A stretch of DNA of 64,000 nt from Paraspadella gotoi (Eukaryota > Animalia > Chaetognatha). The DNA lies in assembly GCA_051294375.1 (NCBI GenBank), contig CM119268.1:18615412-18679411 (forward strand). The letters are read 5' to 3'. The position numbers and the translations under genes are program-made. Position 1 is the first letter of the stretch, and each line of letters starts with the position of its first letter. This document shows positions 40,401 through 54,000 of this stretch, in pieces. The notes under the pieces were generated by a model. The model had not been told where the DNA came from, did not search any database, and saw nothing but the letters and a program-made list of their open reading frames with translations.

Positions 40401-42986
40401 CGCGATATCAGACTGGGGCTTTTTTTAATTCATTGCGCGAACGCACCATCACTGTCGTGGTGTTTGGTCTCTTTAATGAGCAGTCGTTCTCACGAGATGC
40501 GACTTCAGCACTCCTCACTCTCGGCCCCGATCCGATTTCACAGCACACTCTCTTCATCTCGGTCAATTTGTTTTCGCTTCCTTCTCCCGAGCTACTGTTA
40601 ATTTGTCACTTGGTACCGCGTGCACGCAATTCTACGTTCGCGCAATTCCACGTGCACGCAATTGCGAGTGCACACTCGCACTCGACTTGTACTTGCGCGT
40701 CCGAGGGAAACTGCGTGACCGGGAAATCGATTTATGGGCCTTTCGCTGCCCATTTAGGAACCGTTTGATCCTTCAAGATCCTCGGGCTTTTTGAGAGGTC
40801 GTTTTTTTGAAGGGGAACTGGGAGCCGGGGGCGAGGAGAGAGTGGAGAAAACATTTTCTGGCTGCAGAGACGATTAAGCGAGTTTGTGTTATCTGCGATC
40901 ACTCCATTGAAAAAGAAAACGAAATGAAAAAGAGAGAACAAAAGTACAACCGTCCTTAATTCACTTTTCACTCTCTGTGAGATCTCAACTCATCATCGTG
41001 ATTCGTCCTTAATTCACTCTTCACCATCTGTTAGATCTCAACTCATCATCTAGTCTTCCTATCCTCCATCCTCTTTTTATCTTATCCCCAATCTCTTTCT
41101 CTATTCTCCCCATTAGGGTGGAGTGATGAAAAGATTGAGTGATGGAACAATGTTTTTTTACTGCCTTTGTATATGTAATAAAAAATAATTAAGCCCCTTT
41201 TCAAAAAAAATTTGCATAACAGTATTATTAATTGAATATTTTTTATAGTAATATCCTTATAAAATCATAAAATTTCAAAATCTTTTTTTTTTTAATTTTA
41301 AGAACAGTTTCGGATTCGCCGGAAAAAATTTAAAAACTTTTGTAAAATATGTTACGTGATATTTTTAGGTTAAAGCTGTAAAAAATGACCAAAACGTGTT
41401 TATCATATAATAGTTTACTACAAAACGTAAAAAAAAGTGAAGAATTTGAAAATTTTTTTCCATTTTGATGCTGAAGACCTTAAAATTTTTAAAACATATT
41501 TATATTTTTGATCTAACTTTTTATAAAGAATCAGAATCTTTAATAAAAATTTTTTCGCGCTTTAACATTTATTTTTATGTAATGGACAAGTTTCGACTCT
41601 AGTTTTCGAGTCTTCATCAGCATTGAAAAAAAAAGATACTTTCACAAACTTTTTTTATATTGGTAGAGAGAGAGAAGGAGGAAGATATTGAGAGAGAGTG
41701 AGAGAGAGAGAGAGAGAGTTTCCAACAAAGAAATTGAGTAAAGGAACCAGTGGTCAGATGTCTAGGACAGAGAAAGTGAGGTAAGGGAAGGAGAGTGATT
41801 GAATTTAGATGGTTGTGACAAGAAAGAGGAGAGAGAGAACAGCAGTAGAGAGAGGATCCATACATTTCCGGCAATGTTCTACAACAGTGAATACGAAGTG
41901 AAAAAAATAAAGTAACATAAGTAGTAATAGAATAAAATGTTTGTGAGGAATTGTTTAATAGTAAGAATGAATATGAATTATGAAATGGAAGAATAAGTTG
42001 TGAGCGGATAGCTAAGCGGTAAGTTTTTAGAAGAAAACCAATAGCATGAGAAATAGCTCAAAATGAGCTGGCACCACCACCTGCCGGGCAAGAGACAACG
42101 ATTCACATGTGCTCGGTTCATTGGCCTGTAATGGCTGATGGTGGATATTGTGGTGGTTGTGATTGGTTTACAGTCTGGCAAAGATCCGGCTCGAAAATAA
42201 TGCCAAGTTGCTACTGCGTATATTTTCTGCCTGCAGTATGCCTGCCGAAGCCTCTTCTCACCTGAACCGGTGGAGCAGGCAGTTGTCTGTTTGGGCCTGT
42301 TTTGAAAACGGGCCGGAATTACAGACTCCTCTCCCGTCTTCAGCAGCCATTCGTTTTGGCGCGCTCAGCACGAGAACGGAGTCGTGCCAAGTTAGCTGCA
42401 GGCCTCGAGAGAGATCAAGATGTCCCATTGCTGCGAGGACGGTCTGCCCGCCTGACCCGTCGAGTGGGGACAGGGGAATCACCGTGCCGCTGAGGTGGCG
42501 TTGGGTGCTCCACCACAGTTTTGTATTAGCGAATCATAGCTTGGAGGGAGTTCGAATCATCCTCCATCACGCGTTCAAAGAGGGTTCGAGGGCTTGATGT
42601 AAATCGCCTCTCTAAATGCGCTCTTTGAGAACCAGTTTTGGGTTATGGGACAGCACGAGAACAGTCTTCTTCTCTAAACATTTTTGAGCTCTTTCTCATC
42701 TTATTTTCTTTAAAAACTTACCTAACTATCTCTCACAACTTATTCTTCTATTTCATATTTCATTCTTACTATTAAACAATTCTCACAAACATTTATTTAT
42801 ACTAACTTATGTTACTTTAGGTTTTTTTCACTTCTATTCACTGTTGTACATTGCCAAATGTATTGATCTCTCTCTCTCTCTTTCTTTCTTTTTCACCAAT
42901 CTCAAATTCACTCACTCTCATTCCCTTCCCTCACTTTCTCCTGTCCTAACATCCTGACCACTGTCCTTTACTCAATTTTTTTGTTG

Positions 42987-43022
<36 letters not shown>

Positions 43023-45038
43023 ATCTCCCTCCTTCTCTCTCTCTCTCTACCAATATAAAAAAAGTTTGTGAAAGTATCTTTTTTTTCCAATGCTGATGAG
43101 AGNNNNNNNNNNNNNNNNNNNNNNNNNTGATGAAGACTCGAAAACTAGAGTCGAAACTTGTCAATTACATAAAAATAAATATTGTTAAAGCGCGAAAAAA
43201 TTTCGTTTTTCCTTCACTCTATTTTAAACAACAAACGAAAGGATTATCACAAATAAAAATTTATAAAAAATTATTTTGAAAATTTATAATTTTATAAGAA
43301 TATTACTATAAATATATTGTAATTAATGATACTGTTCCCCAAACAATATAAGCAAAATATTTTTTGTACTCCTTAATCATACTATCTCACGTTTAAATAT
43401 TCTTGTTTGTTCACTCAAATAAAATTTATGTTCCCCAGTGCTCCACTCTACTCCCCATTTTCCTCTGTCATTCTGTACCTTCCCCCCCAATTCACCTTTC
43501 CTTCACCCCATTTAATCCCGACTCCCCCTCCCAATCAGGCCGTCCGCGCCATCCTCTACGTGAGCGGCGACGGTCTCCGCGTCGTCGACCAAGAGTCCAA
43601 AGGTCTCATCGTTGACCAGACGATCGAGAAGGTGTCCTTCTGCGCTCCGGATCGAAGCCATGAAAGGGGCTTCGCTTATATCTGCAGGTGGGGGATTGTT
43701 TATGACGGTGTTGGTCGAACGAGCTGTGTTGACATATGTATCGTAAATATATATATATTATATTATATATCATAACTCATGAAAACAATACTAGTTAGTA
43801 TTATTAATAATGACAAATGGATATGAACACTTTTGGCCATTTTGAGAAGATTACGTCAGAATCTAAGAAGAATCTAAGGAGATGAGTGATTTCGATTCAT
43901 ATTGATACAAACCCACGTCAAATATTTAGTTATTGAAAAGAAAATTGTGTTAACGTTGCGATTGTCTTAGTTTTTCTTTGTTCCCAAAACGATTTTTGTC
44001 CAGTAACTCGTTAAGTGCGCCGAGCGAATTTGTGAGTTTTCGTTCGAGAAAAAATCCCGACGTTTAAATTTAAATCTTTTAAAACACAGCATTATGCAAA
44101 TTAAATTGTTTAAAAAAAAGTGAGGATGGGAACTTCCTATGCGCTCTGTAGGGGATTTTTTGGGGATAATTTTAGTAAAATTTTTGAAATATATAGTTCA
44201 CCCTTTTCTATACTCGTCTGTTAGTGAAGACGGTTAATGGGGCAAAGAAATGGGGATATAATCTTCGGAGGAGGGCGCTTTGCCAAGGTCGTTACGAGCC
44301 GATTTGGAGACTTGAATCTTTTTCCTTTCGTCATGAAAAAAAAAGAAAAAAGGAAAAAAGGAAAAGCAGAGGAAGGTGAAATGGAGGAGACTCGATATAG
44401 CTTATATTATAGGAGTGGTTTAATTTCAGGAAATATTTATACATTATATATTTAAATTTTTTTTTACCCGCTGAAGTATGAGTACCTAGGTCCAGAATAG
44501 CTAAATATGGTACAGTATCATGAAAATTATAGGGTTATTTATTTTACTACACTAAACGGAATTTTAAAAATTTCTATAAAGTTATATGTATTATGTATAA
44601 ATATTAAATGTAATTAGTATTTTTCCTAAGTACGTACATTTATAATATGAACGGGAGAAGGCTCTTCTGGGTATATTGGGAACATTCCTATACTGTTTTA
44701 AGATTAGAAAATCACAAAACATATAAAGTATGGAATAAAAAAAATAATGATAACATTTAAAAATAAATGACATTTAAAAAGCTTTCCAAAAATATTACGA
44801 AGAAATAATTAGGGTTCTCAATCGTTTCCCGTCTAGGGACGGCACGACGGCGGCGCTGGATGTGCCACGGCTTCATGGCGCTGCGTGAATCTGGCGAACG
44901 CCTTTCCCACGCCGTCGGATGCGCATTCGCTCTTTGTCTCGAGCGGAAGTTAAAGGAGGGACAAGGATTGCGGCGTCACGGCAAAATTTCGCTACGGACA
45001 AGACCAGTTTCGAAAGGTGAGGATTTGAGAAGGCTGAG

Positions 45039-45069
<31 letters not shown>

Positions 45070-47426
45070 AATGGTAATGAGGGAGCGGCATTCAAATAAA
45101 AATTAACGGGTAAGGACTAAGGCTCTCAGTGAGTGAGTGGGAGGGAAGAGCATTCGGTGCCAAAAGGAAACGTGTTTCACGTTGGCTGTTGGTTGAAAAA
45201 CAAATCTTAACGCTAAGACGACGACAAAAAAACTGGTTTAGAGAAAACTAAGTGTTATCGAAGTCTTTTCTTTAGTCAGGTTAATTTTTTCTGTCAAAAA
45301 AAGATTTTATTTTTATTATAGTATTCACTGTAAATGAGAAATGGAATAATGAAAGATATGAAAAATAAGTATTGAATAAAAAGTTTGATAATGAACGTGT
45401 GATAAAAAGTATTGAATCGCGCTAGGTAGTTAAATACTAGCGAGAAGACCTAAGTAAAGTGAAAAATTTGAAAAAGTAATTCGCTGTAGAAATAAACAAA
45501 CGTAGCTTCAACCGCGGTTTTTACATACGAGGTCGAGGAGATTCAGGTTTGACGAAATGGGTGGAGAGTAAAGTGAGATTCAAAAAGATGGAAAAGTGAA
45601 ATTGAGAAAAGGGAAAACTGTGACTGACGGGGTGAGACTGTCTCTCACCTTTGCCCCTTGTTTTCCGCCTCCCTCTTTTCCGCCTCCCTCTTTTCGTCTC
45701 CCCCCCCCGATCGCCCCTTTTATATCGACCCCGTTTCCCGTTTGCGGTGAGTCTATTAAATGCATAAATGACCCCTGGGCGAAGTGGAGTGATAGAAGAG
45801 AGAGGGAGAAAAGGGGGGAAGAGCGGGGAAAATACGAGAGGAAAAGCTGAGGGAGAAAAGAGGGAAGAGAGATAAAAGAGGTGCATGAAATCGAAGAAAG
45901 AAAAAAAAGGGGAAAAAAGGAAAAAAAGTAGGGCAAAGAGACGCACTAAAAAGGAGTTAAGGAAACAGAGAGAAAGAGAAGGGGGAGAGCTAGGGAGAGG
46001 AGCAAGGGAAAGGAGCATGAAAAGAGAGAAGTAATGGAAAGGGAAAGAGTCGCGAACGCGTCTGAGCGAGAGAGAATCCATCTCAGACGACCCAGTAACA
46101 ACTCGGGGTCAGTCGGGTTGAAGTGTGCCACTATGCCGGAGCTTTGGGGCAAGGTGTGCAGATATGTGTAGGAGGTTTGAGCTATAAAGAGGATGGGTAA
46201 GGCGCGACACTGAGCTAACGAGCGAGTTTAAGGCGATTGGAGGTGAGTTAATGCGAGCTGAGGCGAGGTGAGCTCGCTAGAAGCGCGGGATTCATTGTGA
46301 TCAACAACGAACGGCCCGTGTGAGGTCCGTGAATAATGGACGGACGGGTGCGATGCGAACTGCTGCTCGTTTATAACGGAGTCTCGAAAGACTTAACTGA
46401 GCCCGCTCTGACGCTAAAGTTAATTATGGAATGGCGTTTGGCGTTTGTGAAGAGAGATATTAAAAAATTAACATATATTCGTAAAAATTAATGGAAAGGA
46501 TACTAGACAAATGTAAGTCAAAAATAAGAAAAAGGGGAAAAAAAGGTAGGAAAAGAGAGGGAAATATGGAGAGAGAGAGAGAGAGAAAGTGAAAGAGAGA
46601 CAGAGAGGAAAGGATGAAGAAAGAGGTGGAGCGAAAACGAATCGTAATGGTGTTCCTGGCGAATATAAGGGAAATGGCGACGCGCTGTCTCGACGGAAGG
46701 AGAGAGAGAGAGAGAGACAGACAGACATATAACGGAAAATAAAATAAAAAAGGTGATAAAAAGAGGGAAAAAGAATGAAGTGATGTGGAAAGGTAAAAAA
46801 AAAAGACAATATCATAATGGAAGGTTAGAACCACCCGATCTCTTTTCAAGAGAAAAGGAAAAAAAGTGGAAAATATGGGAAAGGAAAAATATCTATACTG
46901 AAGGGAGAGTCACTCAGGGGAAGAAGGTGTGAAAATTCACAGAAACTCGAGGAACGCCACGGCGACGAAGGCAACGACGATGGTGACGACGATAAGGGAA
47001 ACGATGCTGTCGACCACGACGATGTCGACGAAGTGAGACGATAACGACGACGATTATAAGAACGATTGACGCTGCGACAGACCGTTGAGGAAAATGACAA
47101 CGATGATTGCGATAACATGAAGATTAATGAGGCATTTGAGATAAAGGAAAACCACATTCGAACACAGACACCTGGGGTTTGCAGAGCAACTTACTACTTT
47201 AAACTTTATACAGTTATGGATTCTTATTCATCGATTTTGGATTTAGCGAGGAGACTTCTTTCTTATTGGCGGCGGAAACAAAACACTAAAGTTGGCCCCT
47301 GATTGGTCGGTTTATCTATGGCCCGAAGCCAACTTCTGATTGAGTCCGAGTTTTCCGTTGACCCATTTTCAGTTTGGTTAGGGAAATCTCGTCTCCTCCT
47401 GTTTTCCGCTCGGGCTCATTCCCTTT

Positions 47427-47458
<32 letters not shown>

Positions 47459-48023
47459 ATTCTTTCTTTCTTCTTTTATTCGTTTCGTTTGTGAAATCTG
47501 AGACTCTTACTTTCTGATTAGTCGGTCAATTCCCTTTAAAGTCTTGGGGAAGTTTTAACGAACAGGAAGCGAAAAAGGGGAATAAGAAAGAGGAGAGTAT
47601 AAAAGAATAGGGGGGAAAGAGAGAGAAATAGGATATGAAATAATTGATAAATCAAATAAAACAATATCCCCCCCCCAAAAAAAAAAGGAATTAAAGAAAG
47701 GATAAGGAGAGTGAAGAACACGATCCATTTCAGCATATTTTTTTCTCAGATGTTCCGACTGTGAAACGGTGAATTGGCCTGAATGAGGGTCGCATTCATA
47801 ACTATGACCGCGAAGATGAAGGTCATTAGACCGAATGTGATAAACTTATGCTTAAGGGTTTTGAGGTCAAGTTCGTTCGGACTCTGACGATGACTTCGCT
47901 TTGAATCGTGAATGTGAAAGCGAATGTGACTGTGAATCGATTTCGACGAAAGAGACAGAAAGAGAGAGAGGAAATGTGAACCGACGGGGAAAAGCGTCTC
48001 ATCCAGATGCGTCGTCGCGTTTT

Positions 48024-48054
<31 letters not shown>

Positions 48055-51000
48055 GGCGGAGAAAAAAAAAGAATGTAAAAAGAGGAGTGGTCGGGAGCCA
48101 GAGCCAAGGCCAACCACAGAGCTCCTAACCAGAGCGAAGGAGGAAGAAGCGGGACAACAAAAAAGTTAATGGAGACATAAACAGGTCGTCTTTTTTGGGG
48201 GCCGAAGAGGCTAAAGAGACCAACGCCTCCTCGTGAGGTCGTAGGGGATAGAACGGACTAGGAGAGAGAGAGAGAGAAACGGAGAACTTTTCATTAAATA
48301 TGCAAGAAGCAACCGCGCCCCCTGTCCTGAGGTCCTTCCGTCCGTTTGTCTGTTCTGAGAAAATTTCGCGAAGAAAAAAAAGCTGACTTCATACATCTCC
48401 ATGGTTTTGGACAATTGTGGCTCTCTTTCTCTCTCTCTTTCTGCTCAATCTTCTTGCTTCCAAGTTTGCTATTCTTTTATTATTCCGCAGTATTTTTTCC
48501 CTTTCCGCCCGCAGCCACTCTGAGTGCATTCTTAATATATCATGTTGTTTTCCCAAAAGTACAATACGGATTCTTTATTTCTAGTAGAGCTTTTTTTTCC
48601 AGTATAATTTCTGGTCAGACCAATGCAAGAAAAGAGAGAGAGAGTTGGCGGCGAAAAGAGAAAAGAAAAAGGGAGAGAGACAGAGTGCGCGCCAAGGAAA
48701 TAGAACTCAGAGAGCGTGAACCCGACCTTTTTCCTTTAGATTCAATCGTTGAAAACTGTTGCCTTCACAATGGCAGTTGGCGAGTTCACATTTGTCAGGA
48801 GAACTGCGATTTTCTCTGAATAAAAATACTTTATTGCTTAACACAATTATATTAATAAATTTTTTTTTCTCTCTCCATTACAGAATGGGATCGTTTCGGC
48901 AAGCGACGATTACGGAGAAAATGGTCGACCCTCAATCCGCCATCGTTCAAGGTATGTAAAAAATAATTGTTTTACTATAAATACGAGTTACTATGTTAAA
49001 TCTTTATACCGACGACGGTCTCGAACTCATAACTTTCGCCTCCAAACTCGCCTCCCCACGGGTTCTCCTTAAAATCGTAGGCTGAAGGGCAATCGATCCA
49101 AAGTGTTTGTTTACCACTTTACCGACTCTTCCTCCAGCGACGCCCATTTCCGTCCGACCCGCTTCCTCTTATCTTTCTTTTCCTCTTTTTTTCTTTCTTT
49201 TTTCTTTCTTCTAAATCTTTTCGCTTTTCTCCTCTCTTCCTTGTTTTAATATCTCAGTTTCTTCTCGGCCTCTCAATTCCTAATTCCTAATTCTGCAGAG
49301 AAAGATTTACGATCTTAGTTTAACTTTTCTCTCCGCGCTGGATCACTTAACCTTTCTCAGCTTTTTTTTTCTCTCTCTCTCTCGTACCCGTCATCTTCTC
49401 TCTTTTCTTCTCTATTCTCCTGAATTCTCTTTTCTCTTCTCTCTTTTCTAATCTTCGCTCAATGATGGGGAGAAAAACCTCGAAGCTTTCTTCCTCCTTC
49501 TAATTTTTTTCGCTACAAAGAAATAAAAAAAGGATTTCTCTACTCAGTATTTTTGGATTCGGTTTTCGAAAATGTAACCAATCCCTCAGCAGCCAGCTCC
49601 ATCAGCACTTTATTTGTTTCGGATACTTTTCGTTTTTGTTAACAAAAGGGGAAGGAATATATATCAATTAATCAGAAAAAGCAACACCAATTTGTGTTTG
49701 AAATTTAAATTGCTTTTAAAAAAATAAATTATGTCTAAGAGTTAATTTACCGAGATACGTTTTTCTATCTTTAAGTTTAGCATTTTTTGTGCCTGCCCGG
49801 ATCTTTTCCCCCACCACCATGGCAACCGAGCTCTCTGGGGATTCTGCCTCTAGCTGACTACTGGAGCCAGTTTTTATTTTCTCTCTCTCTCTCTCTCTCT
49901 CTCTGTGTCTCGCGTGTCATCTTAACCAATGCGAGTCACCTTCCATTAAACTATCGTTACGACAGCCATAGAATTTCAATAAATATTAATTATTCTTTTA
50001 CATTCCTATCAATCTTTATTGATTATTGATAATATTCTTGCCACGAAGTCGCAAATTGCAGAACGATGACGACTTTTGTTCTTGTTAAAATGCTTGTCAG
50101 AAAAAAATTTTACACTGTACCGTGCTCTTATGTTTTTAGATGACGAATAGTGGGAATAAGTGAAAGAAAGAGCAAGACAGAAAGGGACTTGAATTATGGT
50201 TTCTCGTTAACAAAATCGTTTTGTGCGAGAACGTTAATGTAATTTCGACCTGAAGCAGAATTAAACGCTGATGGTTATATTTACTTTATTGTTCGATTTA
50301 AATTTCATGTTTAAGTAAAAGGAAAATCAAAATGTTATGTTTTATTCATCATGATATTATTTTTTTCCAAATTTTTCTGAAACTTCAACCTTTAAATGTT
50401 AAATGATGATTCATTAATCCATTAATCTGTTTCGATTTATTTTTTTTGAAATAAACAATCTTAGAAAAATAAAGATTTGACCCAACCCTGAACCCACCTT
50501 TTCTACCAACCCCTTTTTCACCCCCTACCCACCTCTTCCACGCCTCCCTGCACACCTCTTCCAGAACCGATTCCGATGAGAAGCGTGGACACGCCACACG
50601 CGGTGCCACGCCCACACGCCTCGGCGACGATGATGCAACGACAAGGCTCCTTCCGGGGATTCGCGCAATTGAATCAGGTTGGGGTTGGGGGGGTGAATTG
50701 GTGAGGAGACGCCGTGGGTTTAGATGATTGGTGGTCGAAACTGGAAGGAGTCACTTAAACTGGGCGAGGGGACGGGCGACGCTTGTGAATTTAACCAATG
50801 TCGGGTTAGTTTAGTAAATCTGTTGTCATAGGCATAGGGGAAAGTTTACCTCATCGATAATTATGACGCCTTCAGTTGTGACCAGGCGACTCAATGAAGT
50901 GTGTGGACGGCCGTAGGCAGCCTTGGGAGGGATGTCGAAAACTGGATCCGCTTCATTGCTGGCCAGGGGGGTAAAGAAATTACGGAAATTATTAAAAAAA

Positions 51001-54000
51001 GTCTTTAGCCCAATTGGAGCTCCTTATGTCCACAAGTCCACGCTGCTGGAAAGAGGGGATTTGTGGTCTAATGAGCAAAAATGGCGGGTGAGTTAGTGTT
51101 TAGTTTCGGATGGGTAGTTTCCTTAAGAGAAGGCATCGGGAAAAATCGACGTGGAGAAGTGATTTACGTCTTTTTCCTGTTTTTTTTTTCTTGAATTTTT
51201 CAAAACCAAGCGCCATCTTTGAAAGGGAAACGAAAACAAACTTTGTTTACTTTTTCGATCTTGGTCACGTGAGCCAGAGACTCGATGCTTTCGGTTTTCT
51301 TTTCATTTGTTTCTTTTTGAAAAAAAAACCCCGAATTTTCCGTTTAATTAAATGCCAAAGCCAATGATTTCGCTCATGGCCGTACAGAGAGATAAAAGAA
51401 GCTTCCAAGGATTAAGAAAAGAAGGAAGTAAAGATAAGGGAAAATAAAGCGTCGGTGGCAATTTTCTTTTATGATTAGTTGACGAGAATTCCATTAACGT
51501 GAAATCGCCTTAGCGAAAATATTACGATTATAAACCCTGGGAGTAGATTATGTAATATTTTCCCTTATTTTCTTTCTCGTTTTAAATTAACCCATAACAA
51601 TGGCCTCACCTTATTATCCCATTCTCTTTCTCCTTCCCAGACCTCGTCCCCTTTCAAGCGCACGGTCTCTCTTCGCATCGGCGAACTTCCTTCCACGCTG
51701 CAGCGCCAAATGCGCTCGCACTCCGACTCGCTTCAATCCGGCACCGGCGCCGCAAACGGGATTCACGGCGGCGCCGCCAACCCCATTAACGGCGTTCACG
51801 GCGTCAACGACCCCGCGGTGAACGGACAAGCCGATCTCGAGTCTCCGACGGGTTCCATCATTTCCGGTGAGGGGCGAACGTCGTTTGTAGTCGGCGGAGC
51901 ATAAATTTAAATCGAGTGAATTATTATGAAAACTGGAACAAATACAAAAATTATCCATTCATTCAATTAATAAGCTATCTTGCCCCTGACCTTCTTCACG
52001 CTAACAATCAAGACTCTCTCACTCTCTGGTGAATGAAGTGGTACAATGTTATAGTAGGGTGGTATATCTGTATGAGAATCTGCTAGTGTTTTTATACAAT
52101 TGTATCCTTAATACGAGAATATATTATAACTTGCTGTCCAAAGTCAGCAGGCAAGATGGCTTATTTTTTAGATAAACGGATAATTTTCATATTGGTTGAT
52201 GGTTGTAACAATTTCATATTATACGTAATTGGAGTACTGAGTGAAAAATTTGTGATTTATTATAATTATCATTTGTGCGTAGCTTTGTAGTTTTTTGTTG
52301 TCGAGAGAAATAAATTTTTTTACATTTAACTTTCCCCTCTCTCTAAACCGAAATAAATGTGTCTTTATTCTCCCCTTCCTTCATCAGGCGCTTCCTCCAT
52401 CGGCGCCATGAGCCTTCCGCCTGGCGTCGGCGCCTCCACGGCGCCCAACGCTCGGTCGGACGTCGACCTCATCAGTTCCATGTGCCAAAAGATTTCCACC
52501 GACTTGGGTGCTTTGGGCGCCGACTGGGACAGTTCTAGCGAGATTTTGGAAGTCGCTAAGGGTTAGTTTAGTAACGAGGACACCTACAACAAAGATTTGA
52601 GATATCCCAGTGACATCGTTAACATCATCGTTAAGAATTAGTAGGGTAATTTATAATTGGCCTTTATCGGTAAGATCCTTAGTATCGCTAAGGTTGGGAA
52701 GAATTATTAAAACGCCTCAAATAACTTTTTCATCACCATATCCTATGAATATAGTTATAAATGTAAGTTGAGAAATTGCCTAGTTTAACACCGGTGAGAA
52801 ACTCAAGTAATGTCTTTAAAGATTGATAAATTTTGGTTTGTTAAAATGATCATATTCTGCAATCACCAATTCTCCCTCCTTCCGTCCAGCCTCTCGATTC
52901 CCTCAGTCCAACCTTCAAGGATTCGACAGCGTCAGCGTTCCCAACATGACCTCCTCCTCTTCATCACCTCCTCCTCCCTGTTCCTCCGTCTCTCCCTCGC
53001 TACAAGTCTCCTCGGTCTCTCCTCCTCTCCTCGCCCCCTCCACCGCCGCTTCCCGCCTCTCTTCCCCCCGCCCCCATCGCCCGCGTCAAACCCCCTGCTC
53101 CGGCCAACGCGTCCGCCTCGTCTTTTCGAACCACTTCCGTCCTCGCGCCCGCCGCAGCCAAAACCCGCCGCCGACTGTGCCCGACACTTGTGATAAAAGT
53201 GAGAGAGTCGGGATTTTAGAGTTAAACTATATTGTGTATAGAGCCCAAAAAAATAATTTGCATATTGCAGTTTGGTTTGTTTAGGTGTTATGATGATTGG
53301 ACGTATAAATCTAACTGATAATTTACTCATAATTCAAAAAAATTGTTTTTCAAGTCTTACCTTTGGATTCAAGAACTTATCGAACAAAAATAAAATAAAA
53401 TAAAATAAAAATACAAAAAAAAAATACAAATAAAATACAAAAATTTCATCAAGAGCGAAAACAGAAACACTCGCCACAATACTAGTTTTAAGTACAAATT
53501 CATGATCAGCTTAATTTTAAACTATAACCTAGTTTTCTGATCAAATTGTTATTGACTTTTGTTCTGATAGTATTTTTTTATGAAGTAATGTTACAAGTTT
53601 TGATGTGAGTGTCTTTTGTTTTATTTTTTGTTATCAGTGTAGTTTTTATCTGTTCCGATCTTTTTACACTGTTATTGTGACTTACTGTTTTTGTTTTTAT
53701 TAAAAAAATTGTTTATTAATTCGTTTATTATTAAAAATTTTTCCTAATTATGCCTGCCTCTCCCTTTTCCCTTTTTACAGAAATCCCGTCGACAGTCGTC
53801 AGTCATCATTCCAGAGCGGCGTCTATCGATCTCGGCGCCACGCCCTTCGCCGGCTCCACGCCGACGCCGCCTCAACGAACGGCGCCACTTTATTCCAGTT
53901 TCCGTTCGACGGATGGGCGCTCGACCGGCGTCACGCTGACGGCTCCAAACTGCGCCGGATCGGGACATAACGGCGTCCCTGGCGCGCCGGATTTCGACCC

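Larger units (their letters stand above)
41547..43203. mobile_element. Foldback element with ~520-bp inverted arms ending in hammerhead motifs; probable non-autonomous Penelope-like derivative with inverted pLTRs
   Basis: 41547-42065 is the reverse complement of ~42679-43203 (e.g. AAAGATACTTTCACAAACTTTTTTTATATTGGTAGAGAG vs CTCTCTACCAATATAAAAAAAGTTTGTGAAAGTATCTTT); ~610-bp GC-richer spacer; hammerhead then AATAAA near each outer end. Confidence 0.8.

Noticed and set aside
40600-40700. Cluster of short palindromes (CGTGCACG, TGCGAGTGCACACTCGCA)
   Set aside because: Explained by a short degenerate tandem repeat; no recognisable RNA family.
42066-42678. Coding potential in the foldback spacer (ORF 42163-42597 and antisense ORFs)
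   Set aside because: No RT, GIY-YIG or transposase motif recognised.
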